This document shows, in pieces, positions 13,693-26,035 of a stretch of 64,000 bases of DNA. The stretch is taken from contig NW_026515668.1 of NCBI RefSeq assembly GCF_025526975.1, positions 868,001-932,000 on the forward strand. The letters run 5' to 3'. The stretch's first letter is position 1. Each line of letters begins with the position of its first letter. A program made the position numbers and the translations under genes. Under the pieces are notes generated by a model. The model searched no databases, had not been told where the DNA came from, and saw only the letters and a program-made list of their open reading frames with translations. Source of the stretch: Fimicolochytrium jonesii (taxonomy: Eukaryota).

Positions 13693-15357
13693 CTACAACT
13701 TAGCGGTTGGTTTGTGGATGGATGCGTCGAGACGCTTGGCGACGTGGTCGATGAACTCTCGGGAGGTAACGTAGTGTTCGCGCTTCAATCTGTGATGAGT
13801 GGGGTGGGAGAAAGTGTCAATCACGCCTTTCCGGGAGATGTCCAATCTGTTGAAGGTATCTCATCAACTCACCCTTTCCCATGGATAGTCAAAGCCAAAT
13901 CCTTCGTCATAATCTCATCCTTCTCCACGGTGTCAATACACGCCTGTTCCAGAGCATCGCAGTACTTCTTCAACGCGTCGTTCCCATCCAGCTTGGCACG
14001 GTGCGCCAGTCCCCGACTCCACGCAAAGATACTAGCGATGGAGTTGGTGCTCGTCTCCTTGCCCTTCTGGTGTTCACGGTAGTGACGGGTGACCGTGCCG
14101 TGAGCGGCTTCGGCCTCCATGGTCTTTCCGTCAGGGGTCAGCAGCACCGATGTCATGAGACCGAGGGAGCCGAACCCTTGGGCTAGCGTGTCGGACTGCA
14201 CGTCACCGTCGTAGTTCTTGCAGGCCCAGATGAAGTTTCCGCTGTTCTTCAGAGCCTGGGCGACTTGGTCATCGATCAGACGGTGCTCGTACCAGATACC
14301 CAGCTGCCTGAACTTGTCAATGTACTCCTTCTCGTAGATTTCTTGGAAGATGTCCTTGAAGCGGCCGTCGTACACTTTCAGAATGGTATTTTTGGTGGAA
14401 AGGTACAATGGCATCTTGCGCTGCACAGCCATTTGGAAGCATGATTGCGCGAACCCGCGGATGGAGTCGTCTGTGTTGTACATGCCCATCCCTACTCCCC
14501 TTCCCTTGAACTCGTAGACGGTGAAAGATTTTGTTGGTCCGCCGTTCGCTGGTTTGAACGTCATCTCGAACGTGCCTGGTCCGTCGGCAATGAAATCTGT
14601 TGACCGGTACTGAGATAGGGTGGGGTAGGAGCAATCAACGTTCGCTCTTTTGTGTGGAATTTTCGACCGGGTCCCACTCACCTGATCACCGAAAGCGTGA
14701 CGACCAATAATGATGGGATGTGTCCACCCCGAAACGAGACGAGGCACGTTCTTCAGTAAAATGGGTTCCCTGAAGACAGTACCATCCAGGATGTTCCTGA
14801 TCGTTCCATTCGGCGATTTCCACATCTTCTTCAGCTTGAACTCCTCTACTCTGGCTTCATCGGGGGTGATGGTGGCACATTTGATGCCGACGTTGTACTT
14901 TTTGATGGCCTCAGCGGCCTCGATGGTGACCTTGTCATCCGTTTTGTCACGGTACTCCATCCCCAAGTCGAAGTACTTGATGGGCACGTCAACATACGGG
15001 AGAACCAGTTTCTCCTTAATCCAAGCCCAAAGAATGCGCGTCATTTCATCACCGTCGAGTTCGACGACCGGGTTCTTGACCACGATCTTGCCTCCACTGC
15101 CACTCGCAGCGGTGGCCATCCCGCGACTGCTGCTAACAGGACTGGTGGCGAGGTTGATGGCGCGGTAAGGCTGAAGAGGGGCCATTGCTGTTGCGGACGT
15201 CAAGCGAGGAAGAGCGGAAGTGCCGCGAGAAAGGAGGAAGCTACAGGGGAAGACGCAAAGTGAGTTTGGCGAGGTTTCGAAAGGGGAAGACGCAAAGTGA
15301 GTGGGCGAGGTTAGGAAGCGACCTCCCACCCGGATCCACTGGGACGCACCTTCTCAT
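13693..15357 (-). CDS. IDP1: NADP-dependent isocitrate dehydrogenase
   Basis: [42 protein letters not shown] and [12 protein letters not shown]. Micro first exon ATG AGA AG at 15357; last exon ends PTAKL*. Confidence 0.97.
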
Positions 15358-15426
15358 AACTGTTTCCGAGATGCGGGGAGTTTGCGAGCAGAAGCAACAA
15401 GGAAGTTGGGCGTCAGGAGGGGTTTA

Positions 15427-15493
15427 AAAGGCGCCTCACTCACTCTGCCGAGATGCTTAGCGTTCTGGAAAACCGTTAGAAACGTTCGGAGCG
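15427..15493 (+). repeat. 67-bp direct repeat, copy 1 (upstream of TRP4)
   Basis: Matches 17309-17375 with 2 mismatches. Confidence 0.92.
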
Positions 15494-15722
15494 TTCGTAA
15501 CTTTTCTCGCCCTCCCTCCGCCGCCTCCGTTTTCCCTCCCCATCCGTTTTCCCTCCCCAGCCAGTCACTGCTGCACTAGGACCCGCAGAGGACCCGCAGA
15601 GGACCCGCCTGCCAACCAGAATATACTGTACTTATAGTAAAGTACGTACGGAGTGGAAGGACAGTCTCCTTCCTCTTAGAACATCCTCTCTCGCCAGTTC
15701 CCAACCTCGGACTCCCGACACA

Positions 15723-17260
15723 ATGACCACGGACACCACCAACACCACCACAACCACTACGGTAGCGCCGGCCGCTTTACCCACCAAGGCTACCACCGAC
15801 ACCACTTCCCACCGCCACCCCTTCGCCCACTATATCACCCTCCTCCTCTCCCCCACAGCCGCCACAACCTTCACTGCGCCCCTCGCTCGCTCCGCTTCAC
15901 TCGAAATAATGGCCGGGCGAGCAACAAACGCTCAAATTGGCGCTTTTCTTGTGCTCTTGAAGCAGACGGGGTTGGAGACGGATCCTGCGATTGTCGCAGC
16001 AGTGGCGAGTGCGATGAGGGAGGCTGCTTTGGGGGTTGAGAAAGGGTGCGTGAACGGGGATACTGGAGATATCGGGGAGTGGGTGGATATTGTGGGCACG
16101 GGTGGGGATGGGATGGACACTTTCAATGTTTCGACTGCGGCTGGCATTGTTGCTGCGGGGGCGGGTTGTTCTGTTGCCAAGGTACGCGAACGAGAGTGAG
16201 CCCACTGTTATACCGAGCGTCAGCTAGTCACCTTAGCCCGGGGACGCAATACTCCCTCACCAGAGCTCTTGGCGAGCGTTGTACTTTCTGCGAGCGAAGC
16301 GAGCAGCTCGCGCTCATGAACGCTTCGCGAGCAAGCATCCATCCTGGCATTCCTTCATGTATTGACATCCATTTCATTTCCTCATTGGTTTAGCACGGCA
16401 ACCGCGCATCATCATCGAAATGCGGGTCGGCCGACGTGTTGGAAGCCCTCGACTGTCACCTAACAAGCGTGACCCCCGCCTCGGTCCCCACATTAGTCAA
16501 CAAACCCAACGGTGGCTTCTGTTTCCTGTTTTCGCAAAAATTCCACCCGGCCATGAAATACGTCGCGGCTGCCAGGAAAGAGTTGGGTGTGCGCACGATC
16601 TTCAACCTGTACGTTGTATCATCACAGTGTCTTTAATCACCATTACACTCTATTTAACACACCTCTATTCTATCTCCGCCATCCAGTCTCGGTCCCCTCT
16701 CATCCCCCGCCCGCCCGACCCGCGTAGTAGTCGGCGTCCACACCCCCTCCCTCGGCCCCATGATGGCCGAATCCCTCCGTCTCTCCGGCGTCACCCGCGC
16801 CTGGGTCGTCTGCGGCGCGATGGGTCTCGACGAGATCTCCCCGGAAGGCGCCACGCACGTGTGGTCGCTCACGGAATCGGGCGCGGTGGAGGAGGGCATT
16901 GTCACGCCGGCGGATTTTGGGTTGGAGGGTGGACCGTTGAGGGATGTGGTTGGGGGTGGGAAGCGGGAGAATGCGAGGTTGATGAGGGAGGTGCTGAGGG
17001 ATCCTACTGCTATCTCATCCTCTGAGACCCCCACGACGTCAGAACATACGAGAAAGGCGATAACGGACTTCATCCTCCTAAACGTGGCCGCATTGCTCTA
17101 CGTCGCGGGCAAAGCGCCCTCCCTGGTTGCGGCCGTGGAGCTGGCGAGGGAGAGTATCAACAGTGGAAAAGCGTGGGAGGCGCTTGTGGCGTTTAGGGAT
17201 GAGACGCGGAGGTTGAGGGAAGTGGAGGGCAGGGAGGGCGGGGATGTGGGGTTTGTTTAG
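15723..17260 (+). CDS. TRP4: Anthranilate phosphoribosyltransferase
   Basis: [49 protein letters not shown] and GLDEIS; introns at 16182-16393 and ~16609-16687. Confidence 0.97.
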
Positions 17261-17308
17261 GGGTTGACAGGGTTGAAAAAGTTGAAAGGCGCCTGTCTGA
17301 CAGGGTTG

Positions 17309-17375
17309 AAAGGCGCCTCACTCACTCTGCCGAGATGCTTAGCGTTCTAGAAAACCGTTAGAAACGTTTGGAGCG
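17309..17375 (+). repeat. 67-bp direct repeat, copy 2 (downstream of TRP4, upstream of ARPC1)
   Basis: Matches 15427-15493. Confidence 0.92.
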
Positions 17376-17710
17376 AGGCCCGCATATCCCCTAATCTGCA
17401 GATGGCAGATGGCACGCATAACCCTAATCTGCACAACAGAAGTTACCCTCCATTGTCCGTTAACTTCGTTGGTGAGTTGGGCGCGTGCGACTAAATAGCG
17501 GGACGCAACCGACCAGCCGCCATAGCGCCAAGGCACTACATTCCATCTTGCACTTCGCTCACAAACATCTGGAAACAGCGGCTCCCGTTCGCTCCAAACG
17601 TCGTCCTCACCTCTCACACCACAAAGGGCTTAGTCGACTGTACAGAGTCCTAGCCCTCATCGCGCCGCGCGCACATTGCCATCTCGTTTCGCAAAGAACC
17701 GCATTTCGTC

Positions 17711-19308
17711 ATGTCGGCCCCAGAAGTCCACCAACTTGCCACAGGCATCCCAATCACGTGCCACGCCTTCAACAAGGATCGCACCCGTACGTCTCATGCT
17801 ATCGTTGAGTCCGTCAACTGTTCACAGAAACAACGACTTATTCCTGGTACTTACAGAGGTCGCTGTGAGCCCCAATAACAACGACGTCGAAATTTACCAG
17901 AAGAATCGCGCTGGCGGCTGGGACTTGTTGCACACGTTGGCCAAGGTGAGTAGGCACCTCGCCGTTGCTTGAGGGAGAGGTGTTTCCTGCTTACCCTCTC
18001 TTTGCTTCAGCACGACAAGCTCGTCACGTCGATAGATTGGGCACCCAACACCAACCGACTGGTGACCTGCTCGCAAGACCGGAACGCGTATGTTTGGGAC
18101 TGGGATGCGAAGCTGGGCCGTTGGGAGGCAAGCCTGTGTCTTCTGCGTATCAACAGGGCAGCCACTTTTGTCAAGTGGAGCCCGAAGGAAAACAAGTTCG
18201 CCGTCGCTAGCGGTGCACGTCTGATATCTGTCTGTTACTTCGAAGTGGAGAACAACTGGTGGGTTGCCAAACACATCAAAAAACCCATTCGTAGCACTGT
18301 TACCTCGGTGGATTGGCATCCGGACAACATCCTTTTGGCAGCTGGATCTACGGATATGAAGGTATGTTGTCATGGCGTTCGGTTCTTGCACGGACAAGGA
18401 ATTATAACTAGCGACGCCTAGGCTCGGGTCTTCTCGGCTTACGTCAAAGGAGTTGATGCCCAAATGTAAGTTCCGATATTGGATCATTTACCTTATGGAG
18501 GAGGGGAAAGCTGTGCACAACGCTAACAGAAGCGCATCTCCAGTCCTGCACCCGTTTGGGGAGAGAAACTACCATTCAACACCGTATGTGGCGAGTTTTC
18601 CAGCGCATCCGGCGCATGGGTCCATAGTGTTGCGTTTTCACCCAGCGGAAACTACGTGGCGTTTGCTTGTAAGTCTCAAAGAACGTGTCTTCATGACGTC
18701 CTTCAGTACATGTCTGATCGTCAATTGTGTTACAGCCCACGACTCTACCGTCGCTATTGCGAACGGACCGAACAACCCTGTGGTCACCATCCCGACCGGT
18801 GGCCTTCCGTTGGTCTCCATCATCTTCACGTCGGAGACTAGCATTGTCGGCGTGGGACATGATTGCACGCCGTACCTCCTTGCCGAGCGCAACGGACAAT
18901 GGTAAAAGTTGCGTCGTATGCCACTCCAATGTCTTCTACCCATTCTCATAACCTGCGCATGCCCTCTCAGGGAAGTGGTCGGTAAACTCGACCAAGGACA
19001 GAAGAAGGCTGCCGCCGCGAGCTCGGCCTTCAAGATGTTCCAGCAGATGGACAGCAGGGCGCAACAAAGTGCGCCCAAGGTTGAGCTGAACACGACTCAC
19101 CAGAATACCATCACGTAAGTCGGGCCTTTGGGAACAAGGTATGGCTGTGGCAGGGGAATTTTCTGAACAGAAACATTTTATGAACAGCTGCGTCCGTCCC
19201 CACACTGGCGCATCCGACAGCGTCAGCAAGTTTTCTACCAGCGGCGTCGACGGAAAGCTGGTCATTTGGGACCTCCTGTCGTCCGGCCTTGCTGGGCTCA
19301 AGATCTGA
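17711..19308 (+). CDS. ARPC1: Arp2/3 complex subunit 1 (WD40)
   Basis: [70 protein letters not shown] and HQNTIT; multiple introns. Confidence 0.96.
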
Positions 19309-19730
19309 GGTCCAACATGGGTTGTCCTTGTAATGACGTCGGCTTCAGTCGTGCGTCCGGCTACGTTTATACATTGTGCTTGTGAATGGAACATGTAAAA
19401 TATAGGAATCCCAATGCTCCCCTGCGGTTCAACAAAGGAAACAATCCTACAAGGGAGTGGTGGGGAGAGGGGAGATGGGGGATGGAATTGTGCGAGTTCT
19501 AATAGGGAATTGCTAACGGCGCTACCCGTGTTTGCTATCCACGCTACCCTCCACTTAACACTTCATAAGCGACATAAACAACCTACAGCCAGGGAACATA
19601 AAGCTGTTCCCCCCGAAGGAATAAATCAGCGACTGCCGCAACGCCAAATTCACGTGAGTGACCGACATTGATTTCAATTAGAGGGGGGGCACAGCTTTAT
19701 GTTCCCTGGCTGTACCATAACAAACTTCGG

Positions 19731-19777
19731 CCGGTTAGGGCTAGGTGTTACTAACCCTAATCCTAACCCTAACCCTG
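19731..19777. repeat. Head-to-head telomere-like repeats (GGTTAGGGCTAGG / CTAACCCTAATCCTAACCCTAACCC)
   Basis: Directly visible, ~230 bp upstream of the uL22m ATG. Confidence 0.85.
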
Positions 19778-20008
19778 ACTGGGGCACTCGACAATTAGAG
19801 TATGCGTGCTTAAAGGTTAGCGTGGGTACACTTGATCAGTGTGCAAGCAGGCCGTCGACTTCTGCGGGCGGCTATGCTCGGGAGTCGCACCCGCAAGCGT
19901 GTTCTCATGTGGCCCTCGCTTCATCCACTTTTCGTCGTCGTCGTTCTTGCAAGGAGAACTCCATTTGCAGACAGCATTTTCCCACGGCGCTCCAAACTAG
20001 CCACAGCC

Positions 20009-21049
20009 ATGCTCTCAATATCAGGTATCGGGCTTCGTATGCCTCCGCTTCTTTGATCATGTCCTCCCAACCCCTTGTCTTCCGGGCCAATTCTCTCACG
20101 TCCTTGTCCTCACACTCCTACTTTCCCGTTGCAGGCACCCGATCCGTTGTGCAGAGATGTGTTGCCTCAGTGATATCAACAAACACCTGCAGGTACTGAA
20201 AAAGGGGCACCCAGTCTACCTTATCTCGCTCCGAGTTATCCTCTGTTACTCAAACGCCGTCGTTCCGCACAGTAGTAGATCCCTAGCAACAACGACCCCC
20301 GGCGAAATCCGCCGCCCGCAAGTCTACACCCACGGCACCGTCGCCGCCACCTCCCCGCACTCGACCGCACTCTCGCACCTCCCTCCCACGCCCGCCACCC
20401 ACTCCGGCCCGCGTCTCAGCGGCCCCAAAACCCGCCGCGCATTCATCGACCGGCTGATTTCCGACGGCGGCGACAAAATCGTCACCTTTCGCAAAAATAT
20501 CCTTCACACAGAATACACGAGATTCCTGACGCTGTGTGATCAGATAAAGGGGCAGCCGGTGGACAGTGCGTTGTTGCAGATGAGGTGGTTGAGGAAACCG
20601 GTGACGAGGAAGATGGAGGCGGCTGTGGGGGAGGCGATTGTGAAAGGGAAGGAGGAGGGGTTGGAGTTGGGGAGGACTTATATTGGTGGGTAGCTGAAGA
20701 CGAGGTAGCTGATTGCTCAGGGAGAGAGAATCATTAGACTGACAGGTCCCCATCTCTGTTTCGCATAGCTGACGCATACGTGAAGAAAAACGGCGCCATC
20801 CTCCAAACGCAACTCCTCAAAAAGTACCTCCGCGGACGAGGGCGTTACGGCGCGACTCCCCACCCGATCACCACCTTACTCGAAATCACGCTCCAGGAAC
20901 GGGATACGCCGTTCAAGGCGGTGCAGAAGGATCCGCTGGAGTGGGTGCGGGAGAGGTTGAGGCAGCGACAGGTGCTGTTTGCGAAGAGTGCGGAGGAGGT
21001 TTATAGGGAGGTTAGGGGGAGGAGGAGGATTAAGGAGGTCTACTGTTGA
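20009..21049 (+). CDS. MRPL22: Mitochondrial ribosomal protein uL22m
   Basis: Spliced presequence MLSISGTRSVVQRC..; core LCDQIKGQPVDSALLQMRW..YI|ADAYVKKNG..RGRGRYG..LEITLQE. Confidence 0.8.
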
Positions 21050-21188
21050 AATGAGGGAATCTGAGGGCGTACGAGAGAGGGTCCTGCGTAACACGTGTAT
21101 TTAATCCATTGTCCTATGCAACACAGACTCCAGATGCATGTTGAAAGTCCATCGTCCTTACGCCGTGGCCTACACTGTGAAAATCTCC

Positions 21189-22289
21189 CTAAGAGCCAAC
21201 CTTCACGCCCACCACCACCTCCATCCCCCCCAGACTCTCCCCCTCATCCTCCGCCAACACGTCAAACCCAACTTCCCGCATATAATTCCCCACCCACTCA
21301 CTACTCAACGCCAGCTTATGGTACCACGACTTGCACATATCCCACGTCCCATTGCCCTTGCGCACGTAGACGAGGTCATGTACTTTCACGCGGCGGCCGC
21401 TGCCGCATGGTGCTATTTCCCGTGCGGCGGAAGACTCGACGTGTGCCTGGTGGTGGTGGGGTGATGCGTTGATGCTTGTTGTATTTCCATTAGTCTTTTG
21501 ATTCCCCGCAGCGAGGCCGTTGAACTCCTGCTGCGGTGTCCGTTTCCCCGTACAGTCGCCCTCGACGTATCCAGCGTCGCCGGTGTCTACATCACATTCG
21601 CCTTCCCATTCCAGGAAGCATGTGAAGATGGTCGAGCTGTCGGATTGGACGGGGACGAAGCGGTCTGTGCCGCGGAGTGGGCGTGTGAGGTCGCGGAACT
21701 GCAGGACCAGCCTCCCGCCGGGTTTCAACGCCGCGTGGGCATCCGCGACGACTTTGCGGACCTCGTTGAGCGTCGCGAGGTGGGATAACGTGTCCCCCAT
21801 GCAGACGATGACGGCGGCGGTGGCGTCTGGGACGTACGATGGGAAGAGGAGGAGGTCGTCGTGGGCTGTGGTGAGATGGTGTGAGGGCAGGTTTTGGTGC
21901 GGGAGTTCGGAGGTGAGTTCAGCGAGCATTTGTGGGGATGCGTCGAGGGCGAGGACGGTGTAATGCAGATGAAGAAGGGGGATGGTTTGGAAGCCCGGTC
22001 CGCAACCCAGATCCACCGCCAGGGGTCTCTCCTCATCGTCCCCGGGTGGTGGTGTGATTTTCGGGAGGTAACGTTGTAACAGGGTACGATTTTGAGCCAG
22101 TTTCGTGGCGAACCCGCCAAAGAGCCAGATGTAGTGTTCGGTGAGGAGACGGGCGTAGTGGGTTTGGACTTGGAGGTAGTTGGAGGAGGTGAGGATTGGG
22201 CGGGTTGGGGAGGTGAATGTAAGGGGTGGGCGGGGTTGTTGCGGGTGTTGGTGGCCGCCGGTTGGGAGGGGTTGGGCGGCGTCGCACAT
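21189..22289 (-). CDS. Class I SAM-dependent methyltransferase, intronless, bacterial-like
   Basis: AVDLGCGPGFQ, LDASPQML, VCMGDTLSHL, LKPGGRLVLQFRD. Confidence 0.88.
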   Translation of the reverse strand: MCDAAQPLPTGGHQHPQQPRPPLTFTSPTRPILTSSNYLQVQTHYARLLTEHYIWLFGGFATKLAQNRTLLQRYLPKITPPPGDDEERPLAVDLGCGPGFQTIPLLHLHYTVLALDASPQMLAELTSELPHQNLPSHHLTTAHDDLLLFPSYVPDATAAVIVCMGDTLSHLATLNEVRKVVADAHAALKPGGRLVLQFRDLTRPLRGTDRFVPVQSDSSTIFTCFLEWEGECDVDTGDAGYVEGDCTGKRTPQQEFNGLAAGNQKTNGNTTSINASPHHHQAHVESSAAREIAPCGSGRRVKVHDLVYVRKGNGTWDMCKSWYHKLALSSEWVGNYMREVGFDVLAEDEGESLGGMEVVVGVKVGS

Positions 22290-22800
22290 TGCGGGTAGAT
22301 AGATGGTGAGGAGGTTAGGGAGGAGGGAGCAGACAGTTGGCGGGGGGTAGTTGTTTCCCTCTCGAAGGAATAGTGACTGCAACGAGAGCCTATGAGACGG
22401 CTGCTCTTGCGGTAGGATATCTACTTACTTGGGGGCGAGTGTCAGAAAGGCCGGTCGGTGTTCGTTGGGGGAAAAAGATGAAGAGGGCAGCGGAGAACTC
22501 AGGGGAGACTCTGGGGGAGGGAGCGCGTTCTTCCGTGAGTCATCACCGCCATTGCGCAATCCGCGTGCAAGAAGCAGTCGGGATGATGTCTGTTAACGAA
22601 AGGGTTAACCCTAACCCCTCCTGACATTCCTCTAAGGCAGAGACTGTCCACTGGCTTCCAGGCAACGTGCACTAGTAAGCATAACGGCATTGCAGGGGCT
22701 TTGCAGCCATAGCAATCGCCCCGCCTACGGCGGCTCTCTGTGGAATGCAAATGCAGAATGTCACCTGAATGCGATTCTGTCTGTGCAGGAATGGCAGGAG

Positions 22801-22837
22801 CTTGACCCTAACCCTAACCCTAACCCTAACCTAACCC
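22801..22837 (-). repeat. Interstitial (TTAGGG)n array in a divergent intergenic region
   Basis: CCCTAA x4-5; another GGGTTAACCCTAACCC lies at ~22602-22617. Confidence 0.9.
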
Positions 22838-23089
22838 AGATCAGATGCGCCCTGCCATCCCTCAAGATGTCCGCCTGTTCGGACGGTTGTCAGTCCCCGG
22901 CAGACGATGTTTGACCTGACACCCCGACCACCCCTCACTGACGTTGAGCGCATTAATACTGGTGAAGCATAAGAGAGTACATACGTGTACATATATGAAA
23001 GCTGCTCGCGTGCACCGTTGGAGATTGCAAAGAGTGTTTGAGGAAACCATTTCCACGGGAGTTCAACTAGAAAGAAGGGAAGGGTAGGG

Positions 23090-25260
23090 ATGGACGCCGA
23101 GCTCCGCAAGCTACCGCTTTCACAGGACCTGCTCAACTACTACCGCGACCGGCTAGGTGCGTTTGTATGTGTGTGTGAGCTTAGACTTACCCAACCGCCT
23201 TTCGCTCACTCACTCACCCCATGCGTCCCCCGCTTACTGCACTCCCCGGTACCTCGTTCAGAAAAATGCGAACAAGACTACACCGCCTCAGCGTCCTTGA
23301 TCGACACTGTGCGCGTGCACCACGACGAAGTGCACCAGGCGACATGGGAGGCTCATAAGCGCGCGGGAGAGATTGCGGATTTGCAGGCGGCACTGAGTGA
23401 GGCTGAGGTTGCGCTGTTTGAGGAGAAAAGGAGGGTGTTGAAGTTGTTAGCGGAGGTTGATGAGTTGAAGGGTAGGTTGTGGGAATGACGGGTGTATGGC
23501 GATTGGGGGTTCGGGTTGTGTCGTGTTGTTGGAAGTGTCGGGAGGGATAGCAAACCAAAGACGAAGCGGAGCAAACCGATGCCCGAGTTGAGGGCATAGG
23601 GTAACTTCGAACGCAGCGAGGGCTGGGATGCTTGAGCGCCGGGCGACGAGGAGGGTGGGTAAGGCGAGGGAAGCGACGTCCGTGGCAGCTTGCAGCGAGC
23701 GCCAATCCTAACTCTAAGCCGCCGCGATCATTGCGCCCGCCACCATCTCATGCCTAACGCCATGCATTCGCATTCATATTCCACAGTGCAAGAGCTGAAA
23801 GACCGCAAAAAGATCCGATACCTGTTGAAAATTGGGTCACGCCCAGAAGCCGAGACGACCTATTTCCGGGACCAGCTCGATAAGCGGCTTGTCAAGATCG
23901 CGCGCGATATGGGTGGCGGGATTGATGAGTTTGATCAGGTAGGGGTGCATTCTTCGTTGTTTGGGGTGTAAATGGGTGTGGGTGCCTGATTTTGGTGGAC
24001 GTCGTGTCACGCAGGCGGTGCTGGATAGACACACGGAGGAAGAGGACATCCACATCATGGAGGACGAGGTCGCGGCGTTGAAGCTCACGGTGTCATCACT
24101 ACGCACCCAGTTATCCGATCAGGTAACACCCCCCCCCCCCCCCCCCCCCCCTCCCAAAAAGAATAATTGCAGTCGACAAAACCACTAACCGGATCGCAAC
24201 AGGCGAAAAACTACGAAGCAACAATAACAGGCCTTCGCCGCGACCGACAGCTCCAAATGGACGAAGAGCGGGTGCGCCGACAGCATGAAACGCAGAAGAT
24301 GGCGGATCTGTTGGAGAAGTGTCAACGGCTGAGGGCACTGAGTAGGGAGAATATCCGAGGTGCGCGAAGTGGAACCTTTGAGCCACCGTGTGCCGCTTGT
24401 GACTGATGTCGCCCACCGTGATGATGTCGTTTAGAGCTGATACACACCAAAAAATCTACACACGCGTACGAACGCCGCCTCATGGAGGAGCGCAGCACGA
24501 TGGTCGAGCAGTTGCACCAATGCCAGAAGGAGCTTGCGGCTGAGAAGGAGAAGGTTGAGGTTGCTGAGAAGGTATTGTACGTGTGCCTCTGAGGGCTGGT
24601 GGACATGTATGACTGATAGGATTGGCTTTGCGGGTTTGTAGCTCGTGGAAGAACGACTGGTGCGCAAACAGGAACACATCGTGCATGAGCTAAGGACGCA
24701 GTTGGGAAAGTATGAGAAGGAGGTTAATACTAATAACGTAAGTCGCGGGACAAATGGTCATCTTGTCACTTTTGGGAGTCCCCTCTGAAGGTTGGTTTTT
24801 GCAGGCAAAGCTGGAGACGATTGAACGCGCGCACCGCAAACGTGTCAGCCATCTAGAAGCCCGTCTTTCCGCCCTCACCGCCAGGTAAACCCTCCCACAT
24901 CCGCAGGCCCCTCCTAGCCAACCCACTACTAACATCCCCCAAACAGCTACGCATCCCTCAAACGCCGCCGCGACTTTGAAATCGAAGGCTTCACCGCCGA
25001 CATCTCTTCACTGCGCAAACAGCTCAAGCATCTCGAGCGAAGTATACTCAAATACGCGCCCCTAGAGGACCGCGAGCTTGTGTTGCTGAATATCGCGAAG
25101 GAGACGGGGGAGAGGGTTGCGAAGATGTCAAGTGATTTGCATGGGTTGAAGGTAAGGTTGAGCAAGTAGTGGCATATGTACCTTAAGCTGACAGTGGACC
25201 GATTTGGTGCAGGCAAAGGTGTATGCGGCGGATAGGGATCTTCGGATGGTTCCGGTGTGA
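23090..25260 (+). CDS. CCDC77: Coiled-coil domain-containing protein 77 (centriole-associated)
   Basis: LPLSQDLLNYYRDRL|EKCE, EIADLQAALSEAEVALFEEKRRVLKL..ELKDRKKIRYLL, and RRRDFEIEGFTADISSLRKQLK; ~10 exons. Confidence 0.85.
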
Positions 25261-26035
25261 AGCTTGTGGGATTTGCGTTGGACATGCAACGCCTTGCCGT
25301 ACGCGAGCAGCAGCAACAGCAGCACACATTGCATTTGACGAGAAAAACTGAAGGCGGCCGGCGGGGGGCGTCATCACCGGTTGATGTTTGTCGGCAGAAC
25401 GTGGTGCTCGATCTTTTGCTGCCGTAATGAGTGCTCAACATTTTGGATTGGGGGCGATGAAGTGGTCATTTTGGCGGGGCTTTGACGAGCAGATGGGGAT
25501 CGCCTGATGTTAGGCGACAGCATGAATGGATGGAATCGTCAGACATATATATCCCGTGACAAATGAAAGGCGACATCATCAACGATGTGATGTTGGATTG
25601 TACCAGTCGTACGACTCTCCTATTTCCAGCGGTTCGCGAAGACGGTCAAGGAATATCGTACCGGTGCATCGACCCTTGATCTCGACCTGGTCCGAACTCT
25701 GGCAAGCCGCTCGTGGAATCGGGACGGGCCATACCAGAATCGATAACCCGCACTTCCCGTGGGATCGCCAATCACCATGGCCTGCAACCTGGAAGCATAG
25801 TAGTTGCAGGATGTTTCGGTGGTAGCCTCCGCGTGAGTCAAACGGAAGAGCTCATTCGGCCCAACGGTGTACCCGTGCCAAAGGTCTCGTATCATACTCG
25901 ACCCGGTACTTCCCGCGGTGCGTGCAGCCGGGCAAGTGAGTGCCAGAGTCCAACGCAAAGGACAGTCCAACGCACTTTTCTAGCTTTTCTTAAGAAGGGT
26001 TAGCTGATTTTTGCTGCGGATGGTCCGATGTCTTT

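Noticed and set aside
25380..26030. Short ORFs downstream of CCDC77 (also 37740-38220, 43620-44400, 50990-51600)
   Set aside because: No recognisable motifs or consistent exon structure; probably decayed fragments.
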